Both the position numbers and the translations under genes were made by a program. Positions 18,030 through 28,050 of a stretch of DNA of 64,000 nt are shown one piece after another. Under the pieces are notes generated by a model, which was given only the letters and a program-made list of their open reading frames with translations, made no database searches and was not told the origin of the DNA. Source of the DNA: an uncultured Actinomycetota bacterium (lineage in GTDB: Bacteria; Actinomycetota; Actinomycetes; Actinomycetales; CAWJMD01); NCBI GenBank assembly GCA_963845675.1, contig CAWJSX010000001.1:1489268-1553267 (forward strand). The letters run 5' to 3'. How positions within the stretch are numbered: position 1 is the stretch's first letter; each line of letters starts with the position of its first letter.

Positions 18030-18455
18030 TCAGGTCGCCTCGGAGTCGAAGGGCGGCGGTCCCACCACGTCACCCGGGCGCGAGGCGCCGCCCCCGGGAC
18101 GCGCGCCGGGCCGGCCGCCCGGCTTCGTCAGGTCGGGCCCCGAGCCGGCCGTCGCCCCGGACCGCGGACCGCGCCCGAAGCCGGTGTCGTCCTCGTCGTC
18201 CCAGGCATCCGTCAGCGCGTCCTTGACGATGCGGCGCGGGTCGTACTGGCGCGGGTCGAGCTTCTGCCAGTCGACGTCGTCGAACTCGGGACCCAGCTCA
18301 GCCTTCACCTGGTCGCGGGCGCCGACGGCCAGTCGCCGCATCTCACGGACGAGCCGGCCGAACTGGGCGGCGTAGTGCGGCAGCCGCTCCGGTCCGATGA
18401 CCAGGAGGGCGAGGACGGCGATGACGAGGAGCTCGCCACCGTTGACCCCCATCAA
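18030..18455 (-). CDS. tatB: Sec-independent protein translocase TatB
   Basis: GELLVIAVLALLVIGPERLPHYAAQFGRLVREMR at the N-terminus with a Pro/Gly-rich tail. The synteny is mrp - tatB - htrA. Confidence 0.85.
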   Translation of the reverse strand: MMGVNGGELLVIAVLALLVIGPERLPHYAAQFGRLVREMRRLAVGARDQVKAELGPEFDDVDWQKLDPRQYDPRRIVKDALTDAWDDEDDTGFGRGPRSGATAGSGPDLTKPGGRPGARPGGGASRPGDVVGPPPFDSEAT

Positions 18456-20020
18456 TTGCTGTCCGCCTCGTCCAGCACGATATCCACCTCGCGCTCGTTG
18501 TCCCCGGTGCGCACCGTCAGGGTGACCGTGTCGCCGGGGACCTGGGCCCGGATGCCCACGATGAGCTCGTCGGGCTCGGTCACGGGACGGCCGTTGAACG
18601 CCGTGATGACGTCTCCGGCGAGGATGCCGGCCTCGTCGGCCGGGCCGTCAGGCACGACGGTGGGGTCGTCAGCGGTCTCCGCCACCTTGACCCCCTCACC
18701 GGTGTACGAGCGGTCCAGCAGCACCCCGATCACGGGGTACGTGGCGGTACCGGTCTCGATCAGCTGCTCCACCGTACGCGCGACCTGGCGGGCGGGGATG
18801 GCGAAACCCAGGCCGATGCTGCCCGAGGGCCCTCCGCCCGACCCCGGGTTGCGCGCGATCGCCGAGTTGACGCCGATCACCTCGCCGACGCTGTTGACCA
18901 GGGGGCCTCCCGAGTTGCCGGGGTTGATCGCCGCATCGGTCTGGATGGCGTTGATGAAGGCGTTCTCGGTGCTGTCGCCGGCCACGACCGGACGGTTGAG
19001 CGCGCTCACGATCCCCGTGGTCACCGTGGCCTCCAGGCCGAGCGGGGCACCGATCGCGATCACGGGGTCACCGACGACCACGGAGTCGGAGTCGCCGAAC
19101 GGCAGCGGCGTCAGCCCGTCGCGGTCGACGCGCAGCACCGCCAGGTCGTAGTCGACCGTGCGCCCCACGACCTCTGCCTGCTCCTGGGACCCGTCGGAGA
19201 ACACCACCCGGATGTCGCCGCCATCGGCGGCGGCCGCCACGACGTGGTTGTTGGTGACGATGTACCCGTCCTCGCGGAGCACGAAGCCCGAGCCTGAGCC
19301 CTGCAGGCCCGTCGCGGTCACCTCGATCGAGACGGTGCTGGGCAGGACGCGCGCGGCGACGCCGGCGACGCTGTCGTCGGACCGGAAGGTCGTGCCGGTC
19401 GGCACCGGGATGCTGATGTCCTGACCACCGACCCTGTCCAGCACGGACACCCCCACGGTGCCTCCCACGAGGCCGGCCACCAAGGCGGCTGCGAGGAGGA
19501 CGACCACCCCGAGGGCGCGGCGTCCGCGCCCGCGGCGACGGGTGGACGGCGGCACCCACCCCGGTGGCGGCGGGTACGCGACGGGCGTGCCGGTAGGGGG
19601 GCCCCACGACGTGGACGGCGACGCGGGGCCGAACACGGGGTGGTCGTACGCCTGGCCCCCGGCGTCGTCGGTCGACCCGTCGTGCGGGTTCCCCAGCGGC
19701 TCGGGACGCGTCGTGGACCCCCACCCGCTCGTCGACGACCAGTCGTCGCCGTCGGAACGCTCCCCGGCGCCCGGCTCGGGGTCCGGCCCGGCGGGAGAGC
19801 CGAAGGAGCCGAGGTCGTGCTGGGGAGCTGCGCCGGCGTCGTCGGAGGCGGCGCGGGGGACGGGCGCGGTGTCGTCGTGCTGAAGCGGTACCGGCGTCGT
19901 GTCGTGCCAACCCGACTGCGCCGGAGCGTCCTGCTCGCCGGCGTCGTGCGAGGCGGACGGCCCTGGGGTGGACTCGGCACGGTCGGCACCACCGGCCCCG
20001 CTACCCGGTTCCTGGGTCAT
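18452..20020 (-). CDS. htrA: HtrA/DegP-like trypsin-family serine protease with PDZ domain
   Basis: Long disordered N-terminus and a TM segment (ALGVVVLLAAALVAGLV). Catalytic motifs TNNHVV, DLAVLRV and GNSGGPLV, followed by a C-terminal PDZ domain. Confidence 0.9.
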   Translation of the reverse strand: MTQEPGSGAGGADRAESTPGPSASHDAGEQDAPAQSGWHDTTPVPLQHDDTAPVPRAASDDAGAAPQHDLGSFGSPAGPDPEPGAGERSDGDDWSSTSGWGSTTRPEPLGNPHDGSTDDAGGQAYDHPVFGPASPSTSWGPPTGTPVAYPPPPGWVPPSTRRRGRGRRALGVVVLLAAALVAGLVGGTVGVSVLDRVGGQDISIPVPTGTTFRSDDSVAGVAARVLPSTVSIEVTATGLQGSGSGFVLREDGYIVTNNHVVAAAADGGDIRVVFSDGSQEQAEVVGRTVDYDLAVLRVDRDGLTPLPFGDSDSVVVGDPVIAIGAPLGLEATVTTGIVSALNRPVVAGDSTENAFINAIQTDAAINPGNSGGPLVNSVGEVIGVNSAIARNPGSGGGPSGSIGLGFAIPARQVARTVEQLIETGTATYPVIGVLLDRSYTGEGVKVAETADDPTVVPDGPADEAGILAGDVITAFNGRPVTEPDELIVGIRAQVPGDTVTLTVRTGDNEREVDIVLDEADSN

Positions 20021-20153
20021 CGCTCCTCCTGTGCACCACGGTCACGTCGCCGTGCGCCGACGGTCGGCACCAGCCTGCCGCACCCGGCCCACGCGCGCCC
20101 ACCCGGTGTCCCAACTGCCCGGGAGGACGGCTCTCGCGGCTGTCCCACGCACG

Positions 20154-20714
20154 TCAGGGCGCGCCGCGCACGCCCACCCGCTCGATCGAGGTTCCGGTCA
20201 GCACGACGGCCCCGACGGAGGTGCGGACCAGGTCGCTCGTGGTCCGCGCGTCCGGCGTCGACCGCGTCAGGCTCGCCGAGGCGGCCTCGCCCCATCGCAC
20301 CGCGGCCGTCCCGGGAGCCGGCAGCGCCCCAGGGCCCAGGACGCCGGCGGTGGCGAGCGACACCGTGCCGAGCACGGCGGCGCCCAGCAGCACGGAGGAG
20401 CCCCGGCGTGGGGGCTGTGGTGCACCGGGGCCGGGGAAGGACCCCAGCCCGGGCGCGCCGACGAACGGTCCGGTGCTCTGCAGACCGGGCAGCGCCATCA
20501 GCCCGGCCATCAGGTCGCGCGTGGGCCGGAGCTGGTCGGCGCCGGCGGCGCGCAGCGTGCTGCGGACCTGCTGCTCGCGGTGCACGGCACGGGCGCAGGG
20601 GGGGCACTGGCCGATGTGTGCGCGCAGGCGGACCTCCTCGGCGCCCGAGAGACGCCCGTCCAGGAGGTCGCTGGCGCGCGTGCCCACGTGCTGGCCGTGT
20701 CCCAGCAGCGTCAT
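20154..20714 (-). CDS. rseA: Anti-sigma-E factor (zf-HC2, RseA/RsdA-like)
   Basis: The N-terminal motif H..CPPC (AHIGQCPPCARAVHREQQ) sits immediately downstream of sigE. Confidence 0.75.
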   Translation of the reverse strand: MTLLGHGQHVGTRASDLLDGRLSGAEEVRLRAHIGQCPPCARAVHREQQVRSTLRAAGADQLRPTRDLMAGLMALPGLQSTGPFVGAPGLGSFPGPGAPQPPRRGSSVLLGAAVLGTVSLATAGVLGPGALPAPGTAAVRWGEAASASLTRSTPDARTTSDLVRTSVGAVVLTGTSIERVGVRGAP

Positions 20715-20778
20715 CCGAGGCGCACCACGTCACCGGTGGGTGTGGAGCCGTGCCCTGCCTCGAGTCCCTCATCGAGCC

Positions 20779-21507
20779 TCACGCCGTGCCTCCCGTGAAC
20801 CGCGGCACGCGCGGGGTGAGCCGCCGGCGGCGGGACGGCGGCTCGACTCGGTCGGGGACGACCTCCGGCGCGCCGGCGCCCGGGGCCCTGTCCGCCAGGG
20901 ACTCCCGCAGCATGGCTCTCGCGCGGTGGATGCGGGACCGCACGGTGCCGAGCTTGATGTCGAGGGTGTCCGCGATCTCCTCGTAGGACAGACCCTCGAT
21001 GTCGCAGAGCACGACCGCGGCGCGGAACTGGGGGGGCAGCTGGTCGAGCGCAGCCTGGACGTCCAGGTCGAGGTTGAGGTGCTCGAACGCCCGCTCCGGC
21101 CCCGGGTCGCGGCCCGGCAGGCGGTCACCGGAGTCGTCCGGGAGCGCGTCGAAGCGGATCCGGGCCTTACGCCGCACCTGGTCGAGGAAGAGGTTCGTCG
21201 TGATGCGGTGCAGCCAGCCCTCGAAGGTGCCCGGGCGGTAGGTGTCGAGCGAGCGGAAGACACGGACGAAGACCTCCTGCGTGAGGTCCTCGGCATCGTG
21301 CTGGTTACCCGTCAGACGATAGGCGAGCCGGTAGACGCGCGCGGAGTGGTCACGCACGATCTCCTCCCACGTCGGGGGCGTCCAGGCATCGGCCCCCACC
21401 GCCGCGGGTTCGGCGTAGGTCTGGGTCACGTCCGTCATCACGTCCTGTTCGTCGCGGCCGGCGCCGCGGATGGGCGGCAGCGGCACCTGCTGTGCCATCC
21501 GTGTCAT
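20779..21507 (-). CDS. sigE: ECF RNA polymerase sigma factor SigE
   Basis: Region 2 ([41 protein letters not shown]) and region 4 ([32 protein letters not shown]). The ATG at 21507 is preceded by GGAGAGG. Confidence 0.9.
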   Translation of the reverse strand: MTRMAQQVPLPPIRGAGRDEQDVMTDVTQTYAEPAAVGADAWTPPTWEEIVRDHSARVYRLAYRLTGNQHDAEDLTQEVFVRVFRSLDTYRPGTFEGWLHRITTNLFLDQVRRKARIRFDALPDDSGDRLPGRDPGPERAFEHLNLDLDVQAALDQLPPQFRAAVVLCDIEGLSYEEIADTLDIKLGTVRSRIHRARAMLRESLADRAPGAGAPEVVPDRVEPPSRRRRLTPRVPRFTGGTA

Positions 21508-21558
21508 GTCGCCCACCTCTCCACTGTCAACCCCGTCCGGGCCCCCAGGGTTCCCGGC

Positions 21559-22311
21559 GTGGCTGGGAAGAGCCTGGGAGCCTGTCGTCGGTCCGCCGCT
21601 ACGCTGACGGGCGCACGGTGCCCTCGTCGTGTCCGCACGCACTCGGGCACCCCCGTCCAGCGTTGCCAGGAGGCCGTCATCAGCGCCGCATCGCCCGCCA
21701 GCTGGGCCTACGCCGAGCAGTTCGTCCCCGAGTCGGACGTGCACGAGCGCGCTCGTGCACGCGCCGAGGAGCTCGGCTGCGTGCCGATCGGCGCCGGGGG
21801 TGGTGCCGCGCTGCGCATGCTCGCGGCCGCCATCGCCGCCAGGTCCGTGGTCGAGGTGGGGACCGGGGCCGGCGTCTCAGGCCTCTACCTGCTGGAGGGC
21901 ATGGGCGACGCCGGCGTGCTGACCAGCATCGACATCGAGGCCGAGCACCAGCGTGCGGCGAAGGACGCCTTCGGCGAGGCCGGCGTCCGTCCGCAACGCA
22001 CCCGGCTGATCACGGGTCGGGCGCTCGACGTGATGCCCCGCCTGACGGACGGGGTCTACGACCTCGTGCTCGTGGACGCGGACAAGACCGACCTCGACGC
22101 GTACCTGGAGCAGGCCCTGCGCCTGCTGCGGCCCGGTGGCGTGCTGGCGGTCGACAACGCGCTGTGGAAGGGCAAGGTCGCCGATCCCGCGCAGCGCGAC
22201 GAGTCGACGACGGCCATCCGGGAGCTCGGCAAGCAGGTCCGTGGCCACGAGGGTCTGGTCTCCACGTTGCTCCCGGTGGGCGACGGCCTGCTGGTCGCCG
22301 TCAAGCGCTGA
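21559..22311 (+). CDS. Class I SAM-dependent O-methyltransferase (caffeoyl-CoA OMT-like, Rv1220c-type)
   Basis: [18 protein letters not shown]...[17 protein letters not shown] and [15 protein letters not shown] motifs. The true start is unresolved: there is no ATG/GTG close to the conserved N-terminus, and 21559 is the first in-frame GTG. Confidence 0.75.
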   Translation: MAGKSLGACRRSAATLTGARCPRRVRTHSGTPVQRCQEAVISAASPASWAYAEQFVPESDVHERARARAEELGCVPIGAGGGAALRMLAAAIAARSVVEVGTGAGVSGLYLLEGMGDAGVLTSIDIEAEHQRAAKDAFGEAGVRPQRTRLITGRALDVMPRLTDGVYDLVLVDADKTDLDAYLEQALRLLRPGGVLAVDNALWKGKVADPAQRDESTTAIRELGKQVRGHEGLVSTLLPVGDGLLVAVKR

Positions 22312-22323
22312 GGGCTGCCGGGC

Positions 22324-23868
22324 TCAGCGCTGGGACGACAGCCAGCGCAGCAGCAGTCGCGCCCCGTACCCCGTCGCGCCCTTGCACACCTCGTGCTCGT
22401 CGCGGTCGGCCCGTGACGGACCGGCGACGTCGAGGTGGACCCAGCGGCGCCCGCCGGCGAACTCGCGCAGGAACAGCGCGGCCGTGATCGACCCGCCACC
22501 GCCGAAGCGTCCGTCGGCCGGGACGTGGCGCAGGTCGGCCACCTCGGAGTCGAGCACCGGGCGGTAGTCCTCCACGAGCGGCATCCGCCAGACGCGCTCC
22601 CCCGTCCCGTCCGCGGCGGCCTGGAGGCTCGACGCGAGCCGTTCGTCCGCGGTGTACAGGGCGGCGTGCCGGCGACCGAGCCCCTGTGACGCCGCACCGG
22701 TGAGCGTCGCCACGTCCACCAGCACGTCGGGGTCGAGTGTCGCGTCGGCCCACGCCATCGCGTCGGCCAGCACCATGCGTCCCTCCGCGTCGGTGTTTGC
22801 CACCTCGACGGTCGTGCCGCCCCACACCGTCACGACGTCACCCGGACGGTACGACGAGGCCCCGACCGCGTTCTCGGCGAGCGCCAGCACCGCACTGATG
22901 CGGTAGGGCACACCACGCCGCGCCGCCGCGAGCACGGTCGCCAGCACCACGCCCGCCCCGCTCATGTCCGTCTTCATCGGGACCATCGCCTCGCGCGGCT
23001 TGATCGAGAGACCACCCGAGTCGAAGGTGATGCCCTTGCCGACCAGCACCACGTGACGCGACTCCGCCCTGCCACCCTTCACCCCGGGCCACGTGACGCG
23101 GACCAGTGCTGGTGGGCTGGCCGACCCGCGGCCCACCGCGACGATGCCTCCGAAGCCCTGGTCCTCCAGGCTGCTGCCCTGCACCACCTCGACCTCGAGC
23201 CCGTCGATCTCCGCGGCGAGCGCCTGGGCCGTCCGGGCGACCCACGCGGGGGTCTTGGTGGACGCGGGGGTGGCCGCGAGGTCGCGCGCCAGCCACGTCG
23301 CGCGGGCGGCCTCCGTGGCACCGCTGACCGCGCCCTCGTGACGCAGACCCAGTAGGTCCACCGACCTGATCGCAGCCGGCGGGCCGGTCCCCGTCCCCGA
23401 CCGGGGCGGTGTGTAGGCACCGAGCAGGAGGCCCTCGGCGAAGGCCTGGGCCGGTGCGGCGGACAGGCCCGACGCGACGGTGGTCGAGAGGCGGTCGGCC
23501 CCGGCGCAGGACCGGGCCAGGGCGGCACCGGCACGGCGGAGCGCCGTGGACGAGCCGTCACCGGTGCCCACCAGCACCATGCGGCCGGGGTAGGGCTCGA
23601 GGTTCGCGCCGTTCCCCGACTCGGCGCGGACCGCGTCGTGGACCCGCGTCACCGGGAAGGCCAGCAGCGACCCTGCCGCGCCGGTGAAGCGGGCTCCCGA
23701 GCAGATCTCCGCGAGGTCGAGACCTGCCGCCTCGAGGGCGAGCCGGGTGCCCGGGCCCTGCTCCGGGGCCTGGCCGCGGACCGACGGCTGGCCGACAGGC
23801 ACGGCGAGGACGTTCGCACCGCGCGAGCGGCTCAGAGCCCCCGAACGGACGGCCTGCAACCGCGGCAT
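22324..23868 (-). CDS. pepA: Leucyl aminopeptidase (M17)
   Basis: VLVGKGITFDSGGLSIKP and the NTDAEGRMVLADA signature. An alternative longer start lies at 23943. Confidence 0.9.
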   Translation of the reverse strand: MPRLQAVRSGALSRSRGANVLAVPVGQPSVRGQAPEQGPGTRLALEAAGLDLAEICSGARFTGAAGSLLAFPVTRVHDAVRAESGNGANLEPYPGRMVLVGTGDGSSTALRRAGAALARSCAGADRLSTTVASGLSAAPAQAFAEGLLLGAYTPPRSGTGTGPPAAIRSVDLLGLRHEGAVSGATEAARATWLARDLAATPASTKTPAWVARTAQALAAEIDGLEVEVVQGSSLEDQGFGGIVAVGRGSASPPALVRVTWPGVKGGRAESRHVVLVGKGITFDSGGLSIKPREAMVPMKTDMSGAGVVLATVLAAARRGVPYRISAVLALAENAVGASSYRPGDVVTVWGGTTVEVANTDAEGRMVLADAMAWADATLDPDVLVDVATLTGAASQGLGRRHAALYTADERLASSLQAAADGTGERVWRMPLVEDYRPVLDSEVADLRHVPADGRFGGGGSITAALFLREFAGGRRWVHLDVAGPSRADRDEHEVCKGATGYGARLLLRWLSSQR

Positions 23869-23995
23869 CTCGCGCTCGACCAGCACGTGGTCGGAGCGTC
23901 TGGGGCTGTCGCTGCGGAGGTTCTTGGCTGGCACGGGGCACAACCTACCGATCGCGTCGTGCGTGCGCGCCGTCGCAGCGTCGGAGGGCGACGAC

Positions 23996-24036
23996 GAGGC
24001 CCGGTGCCGGGGAGCTGCTCCCCTGCACCGGGCCTC
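23996..24036 (-). terminator. GC-rich hairpin downstream of the DUF3117 gene
   Basis: GAGGCCCGGTGCCGGGG-AGCTGCT-CCCCTGCACCGGGCCTC gives a 17-bp stem with one mismatch. There is no obvious U-tract. Confidence 0.5.
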
Positions 24037-24061
24037 GTGACGTCGGCGTGCTGTCGACGGG

Positions 24062-24229
24062 TCAGCCGACCGCCGACTTCAGCGCGTCGCCCAGAGAGGT
24101 CGCCTCGTCTGGAGTCATCTCCACCACGAGGCGGCCCCCGCCCTCCAGTGGCATCCGCATGACGATGCCGCGCCCCTCCTTGGTGACCTCGAGAGGCCCG
24201 TCACCCGTCCTCGGCTTCATGGCCGCCAT
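24062..24229 (-). CDS. DUF3117-family small conserved actinobacterial protein (Rv1211-like), 55 aa
   Basis: Not in the ORF track because it is under 60 aa. Translated by eye as MAAMKPRTGDGPLEVTKEGRGIVMRMPLEGGGRLVVEMTPDEATSLGDALKSAVG. As I recall it, this is nearly identical to the conserved mycobacterial Rv1211 family. It lies in the same tag-proximal neighbourhood as Rv1211. Confidence 0.85.
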   Translation of the reverse strand: MAAMKPRTGDGPLEVTKEGRGIVMRMPLEGGGRLVVEMTPDEATSLGDALKSAVG

Positions 24230-24363
24230 CAGCGGATCCCCTTCCTGTTACGGTCGCCGCGCGACACGTGGGTCGCCGGTCCGCGCAGGACGGAGCCGGT
24301 GTTCGCAGCGTGATCTGCACCATTATCCCGTGACGGGGCCGGTCCGCGAAACCACACTCGGTC

Positions 24364-25236
24364 ATGTCGACCACATCGGTCCCCCGATCACTCGCCCCTG
24401 GAGGTCCCGTGAACCAGACGTCACCACCCTCGGAGACGTCGACGTCGTCGACCGGAACCGTCAGGTACGAGGTGGCGGACGCGGTGGGCACGATCACGTT
24501 CGACCGTCCGGACCAGATGAACGCCCTGGACACGCCGACGAAGGTCGCGCTCCTGGATGCGGTCACGGCGGCCGCCGAGGACGACGCTGTCCGCTGCGTC
24601 CTGCTGACCGGTTCGGGACGTGCGTTCTGCGTGGGGCAGGACCTGCGCGAGCACGTCCACCTGCTGACGAGCGGGGACGAGTCCCTCTGGCGCACCGTGC
24701 CCGAGCACTACAACCCGATCGCCCGCGCCCTGGCGACCATGCCGAAGCCGGTCGTGGCCGGGGTCAACGGCGTGGCCGCCGGGGCGGGCGCCTCCCTGGC
24801 GATGGCGGCCGACCTGCGGGTGCTGGCCGAGTCGGCCGGGTTCAACCTGGCCTTCGCCGGCATCGCGCTGTCCGCCGACACGGGCGCGTCCTGGTACCTG
24901 CCCCGCCTGGTCGGCCTGGGTCGGGCACGCGACCTGCTCCTGCGGCCGCGCACCGTGGGCGCCGCCGAGGCCCTCTCGCTCGGCCTGGCGACCGAGGTCG
25001 TGCCCGACGCCCAGCTCGCGGACCGGGCACGGGAGATCGCGGTGCAGCTCGCGGCGGGACCGACCCGGGCGTACGCCGCGCTGCGCGACGTCACCGGCTT
25101 CAGCCTGACGCACGGTCTCGAGGAGTCGCTCGAGCTCGAGGGCGAGTGGATGGCCCGCACGGGGGCCACCGCCGACCACGCCGAGGCTGTGGAGGCCTTC
25201 CTGGCCAAGCGGCCACCACGGTTCACCGGACGCTGA
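24364..25236 (+). CDS. Enoyl-CoA hydratase/isomerase family protein
   Basis: TITFDRPDQMNALD...VLLTGSGRAFCVGQDL...VVAGVNGVAAGAGASLAMAADLRV is a crotonase fold. Confidence 0.9.
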   Translation: MSTTSVPRSLAPGGPVNQTSPPSETSTSSTGTVRYEVADAVGTITFDRPDQMNALDTPTKVALLDAVTAAAEDDAVRCVLLTGSGRAFCVGQDLREHVHLLTSGDESLWRTVPEHYNPIARALATMPKPVVAGVNGVAAGAGASLAMAADLRVLAESAGFNLAFAGIALSADTGASWYLPRLVGLGRARDLLLRPRTVGAAEALSLGLATEVVPDAQLADRAREIAVQLAAGPTRAYAALRDVTGFSLTHGLEESLELEGEWMARTGATADHAEAVEAFLAKRPPRFTGR

Positions 25237-25272
25237 GAACCGTCGCGCCACGGGTCGGGGTCGCGCCGTCGG

Positions 25273-26493
25273 TCACGGCGGGTAGTCGCTCGGCGGGCTG
25301 AACACCCACAGCACGCTGACCCACCACCACTGCGCGGCGAGCGAGGCCGTGACCCAGGCGACCCGGGCCCAGGTCGTCCGCAGGCCCCACACGATGACGA
25401 GGGCGAGCGGGAAGAGCAGCACGAGGAACCGCAGCACGGACGTGAACGGGTCGAGCACGGCCGCCAGGTAGAGCAGGTAGGCGGCGCACCACGTCCACAT
25501 CTCGGGGCCGAGGCGGCGGGTCACGGGGGCCGCGAGCACGGCCACGACTGCGAGGGCGAGCAGCAGCAGGAGCACAGGACCCACGCCGCCGAAGAGGTAC
25601 CGCGACATCCACACCCAGGGCGTGAAGTACTCCATCCGGTCGGAGACCCGCCACGCCACCTGCACCGCCGTGTAGGCGTCGACCCTCCCTCCCGCGACGG
25701 CCGTCGCCGCCGGCCAGGCCAGCGCCGATACGCCCGCCACGCCGAGCAGACCGACCAGGCTCAGTCGCTCGCGCACGTCGAACCGGTCGACGTCCCGGTC
25801 CCTCCAACGCAGCACGAGGTGGACCACCACGACGACGACGAAGGGCACGCCCGCGGGTCTGACGAGACCCAGCACGAGCACCGGTGCCATCGCCGCCAGG
25901 TACCGGCGCCGCACCAGCAGCAGGAGGCTCCCGGCCAGGGCGAGCAGGCAGAGCGCCTCGCTGTAGGCGTACTGGAGCACGGCGGCAGCGGGGAAGACCC
26001 CGAGGATCGCGACACCCATGAGGGACTCGGCCTGCGACGCCCGCGCTCGGAAGAGCTTGTACACGAGAATCGCTGCGGCACAACCCATCAGGAGACTGAG
26101 GCTCGAGGCGACGGTCTCGAACCCGAGCCCCGTGATCTCGCGGACCAGGCGGACGACGGCGGGGAACGCGGGGTAGAACGCCCACTCGCTCTGCGTCGGG
26201 GCGCCCAGCTCGTCGACAGGCAGAGGCAACGGGTAGCCCTGCTCCGAGATGACCCTGTAGCGGTCGCCGTCCCACATCGACACGAAGTCCCGGTATCCCG
26301 GGGACGCGGGGGTCCAGAGGTTGGCGGCCTGGGTCCTGGCAGCCAGGACGGTGAAGATCAGCACCACAACCCGCGTGAGCAGGTAGACGACCAGTGCCAG
26401 CACCCACCCCGGCCAGCCCCCGGCGCGGACCAGCGCCTTCCCGGCGACCCGCCGCGCGGTGCTCTCGCGAGTGGCGGTGACGCCCTCGCTCAC
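25273..26493 (-). CDS. Integral-membrane GT-C glycosyltransferase (PIG-V/mannosyltransferase-like)
   Basis: Multi-TM protein with FVSMWDGDRYRVISEQGY...EWAFYPAFP near the N-terminus. GTG 26493 overlaps the tag stop (GTGA). The ORF maximum is 26538. Confidence 0.65.
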   Translation of the reverse strand: MSEGVTATRESTARRVAGKALVRAGGWPGWVLALVVYLLTRVVVLIFTVLAARTQAANLWTPASPGYRDFVSMWDGDRYRVISEQGYPLPLPVDELGAPTQSEWAFYPAFPAVVRLVREITGLGFETVASSLSLLMGCAAAILVYKLFRARASQAESLMGVAILGVFPAAAVLQYAYSEALCLLALAGSLLLLVRRRYLAAMAPVLVLGLVRPAGVPFVVVVVVHLVLRWRDRDVDRFDVRERLSLVGLLGVAGVSALAWPAATAVAGGRVDAYTAVQVAWRVSDRMEYFTPWVWMSRYLFGGVGPVLLLLLALAVVAVLAAPVTRRLGPEMWTWCAAYLLYLAAVLDPFTSVLRFLVLLFPLALVIVWGLRTTWARVAWVTASLAAQWWWVSVLWVFSPPSDYPP

Positions 26494-27095
26494 GCGCGAG
26501 CCACGCAGCCGACGAGGTGGTCGTCCACCAGACCGCACGCCTGCATGGCGGCGTAGGCGGTGGTCGGGCCGACGAACACGAAACCGTTGCGCTTCAACGC
26601 CTTCGCGAGGCTGACCGACTCCGGCGTGGTCGCCGGGACGTCGGACAGGTCCTGTGGCGCGCGACGGCGTCCGGCGTCGGGTGCGAACGACCAGATCAAC
26701 GCGTCGAGACCGCCGGGGTGCCGGTCCCGCAGCTCGGTCACCGCCCGTGCGTTGGCGATGGTCGCGTCGACCTTCGCCCTGTTCCGGACGATGCCCGCGT
26801 CCGCGAGCAGGCGCAGGCGGTCGTCGTCGTCGTAGCGGGCCACCCGATCGGCGTCGAAGCCGTCGAAGGCCGCACGGAAGGCATCACGCTTGCGGAGGAT
26901 CGTCAGCCAGGACAGCCCGGACTGGAAGGCCTCCAGGCTGAGGCGCTCGAACAGCCTCTGCTCTCCGTGGACGGGACGACCCCACTCCTCGTCGTGGTAG
27001 GCCAGGTAGTCCGGCGTCGCCCCCGCCCACGCGCACCGGGCGACACCGTCGGCTCCCGTCACCAGGCCTGGGCCGGGCCCGTCAGGCACCGGCAC
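26490..27095 (-). CDS. tag: DNA-3-methyladenine glycosylase I
   Basis: YHDEEWGRPVHGEQRLFERLSLEAFQSGLSWLTILRKR...AKALKRNGFVFVGPTTAYAAMQA. An alternative start is GTG 27062. Confidence 0.9.
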   Translation of the reverse strand: MPVPDGPGPGLVTGADGVARCAWAGATPDYLAYHDEEWGRPVHGEQRLFERLSLEAFQSGLSWLTILRKRDAFRAAFDGFDADRVARYDDDDRLRLLADAGIVRNRAKVDATIANARAVTELRDRHPGGLDALIWSFAPDAGRRRAPQDLSDVPATTPESVSLAKALKRNGFVFVGPTTAYAAMQACGLVDDHLVGCVARA

Positions 27096-27546
27096 GCCCC
27101 TGGGCCCGCTCGGCGTCGGCGAGCAGCCGGCGCACCGCCCGTCCGAAGACGAAGCGGCCGGCGATCCCCACCCCGGGGCGGCTGATGATCTCGACCGGCG
27201 ACGGGGTCAGGGTGATCTCCTCGTGCCAGTCCACCACCGCACCACCCGGGTGCGGGGCCACCGTGATGCGCGCCCCGCCGAGCACGCGCTTGCCGGTCTT
27301 GGTGATCTCGCACGTCCCCGGTTCGTCGGCCGACGCCGGTACCCATCCGGTGACGACCATCGGGTCCTCCAGCAGCAGCGGACCCAGCCGCGTGACCGCC
27401 ATGAACTCGTCGCCGAGGCCACCGACGTCCCGGGTGACCACGACGCTCGTGAACGGCACGTGCCGCGTGTGGGCGGTCCACTCGGTGACGGCCCGCCAGG
27501 CCTGCTCGGGTGACAGCGGCGTCTCGACACGGATGTCGATGCTCAT
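27082..27546 (-). CDS. SRPBCC-superfamily (polyketide cyclase/START-like) protein
   Basis: 154 aa with an N-terminus (IRVETPLSPEQAWRAVTEW) typical of SRPBCC. Confidence 0.6.
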   Translation of the reverse strand: MSIDIRVETPLSPEQAWRAVTEWTAHTRHVPFTSVVVTRDVGGLGDEFMAVTRLGPLLLEDPMVVTGWVPASADEPGTCEITKTGKRVLGGARITVAPHPGGAVVDWHEEITLTPSPVEIISRPGVGIAGRFVFGRAVRRLLADAERAQGRAGA

Positions 27547-27986
27547 GAGCCCGCGTCCCGCGACCGGCTGCCCTTGACGAGCCCGACCCCCTCGTCCGGC
27601 TCGCTCCCGACCTCGGCGTCAGCCCTCGACGCGATGTCGCGGTCGTCGGCCGTCTCGCGTCCCGGCTCCCGGGCCGTGGGCTCCTGGCGCCCGGCGCCGG
27701 CCACCTGCTCGGTGAGCCCGGCGATGCGGGTGTCCCGGTCGTCGAGCTCTGCGCGCAGCCGGTCGAGCGCCTCGTCGACCTCGTCCATGCGATAGCCGCG
27801 CGCGCCCAGGTTGAAGCGCAGTCGCTCGACGTCGCGGCCCGTCAACGGCCCCTCGGGGAGCGACCGGTCGGGGCGGCCCCGGACCGGCTCGTCCAGGCCG
27901 CCGCGGATGCGTCCCGTCGCCACCGCGGCGACCACGCCGACCAGGCCGACGGCCAGCAGGAGCAGGGCGAGGTCCATGCCAGGCAT
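27543..27986 (-). CDS. DivIVA-domain membrane protein
   Basis: An N-terminal TM segment (LALLLLAVGLVGVVAAV) followed by a DivIVA motif (FNLGARGYRMDEVDEALDRLRAELDDRD). Confidence 0.7.
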   Translation of the reverse strand: MPGMDLALLLLAVGLVGVVAAVATGRIRGGLDEPVRGRPDRSLPEGPLTGRDVERLRFNLGARGYRMDEVDEALDRLRAELDDRDTRIAGLTEQVAGAGRQEPTAREPGRETADDRDIASRADAEVGSEPDEGVGLVKGSRSRDAGS

Positions 27987-28050
27987 CGTGCCACGTCGGC
28001 GTCCGGCGACGGCGACCGCGCCCCGGTCGCCGGGCGGCACCGCGGGGCGC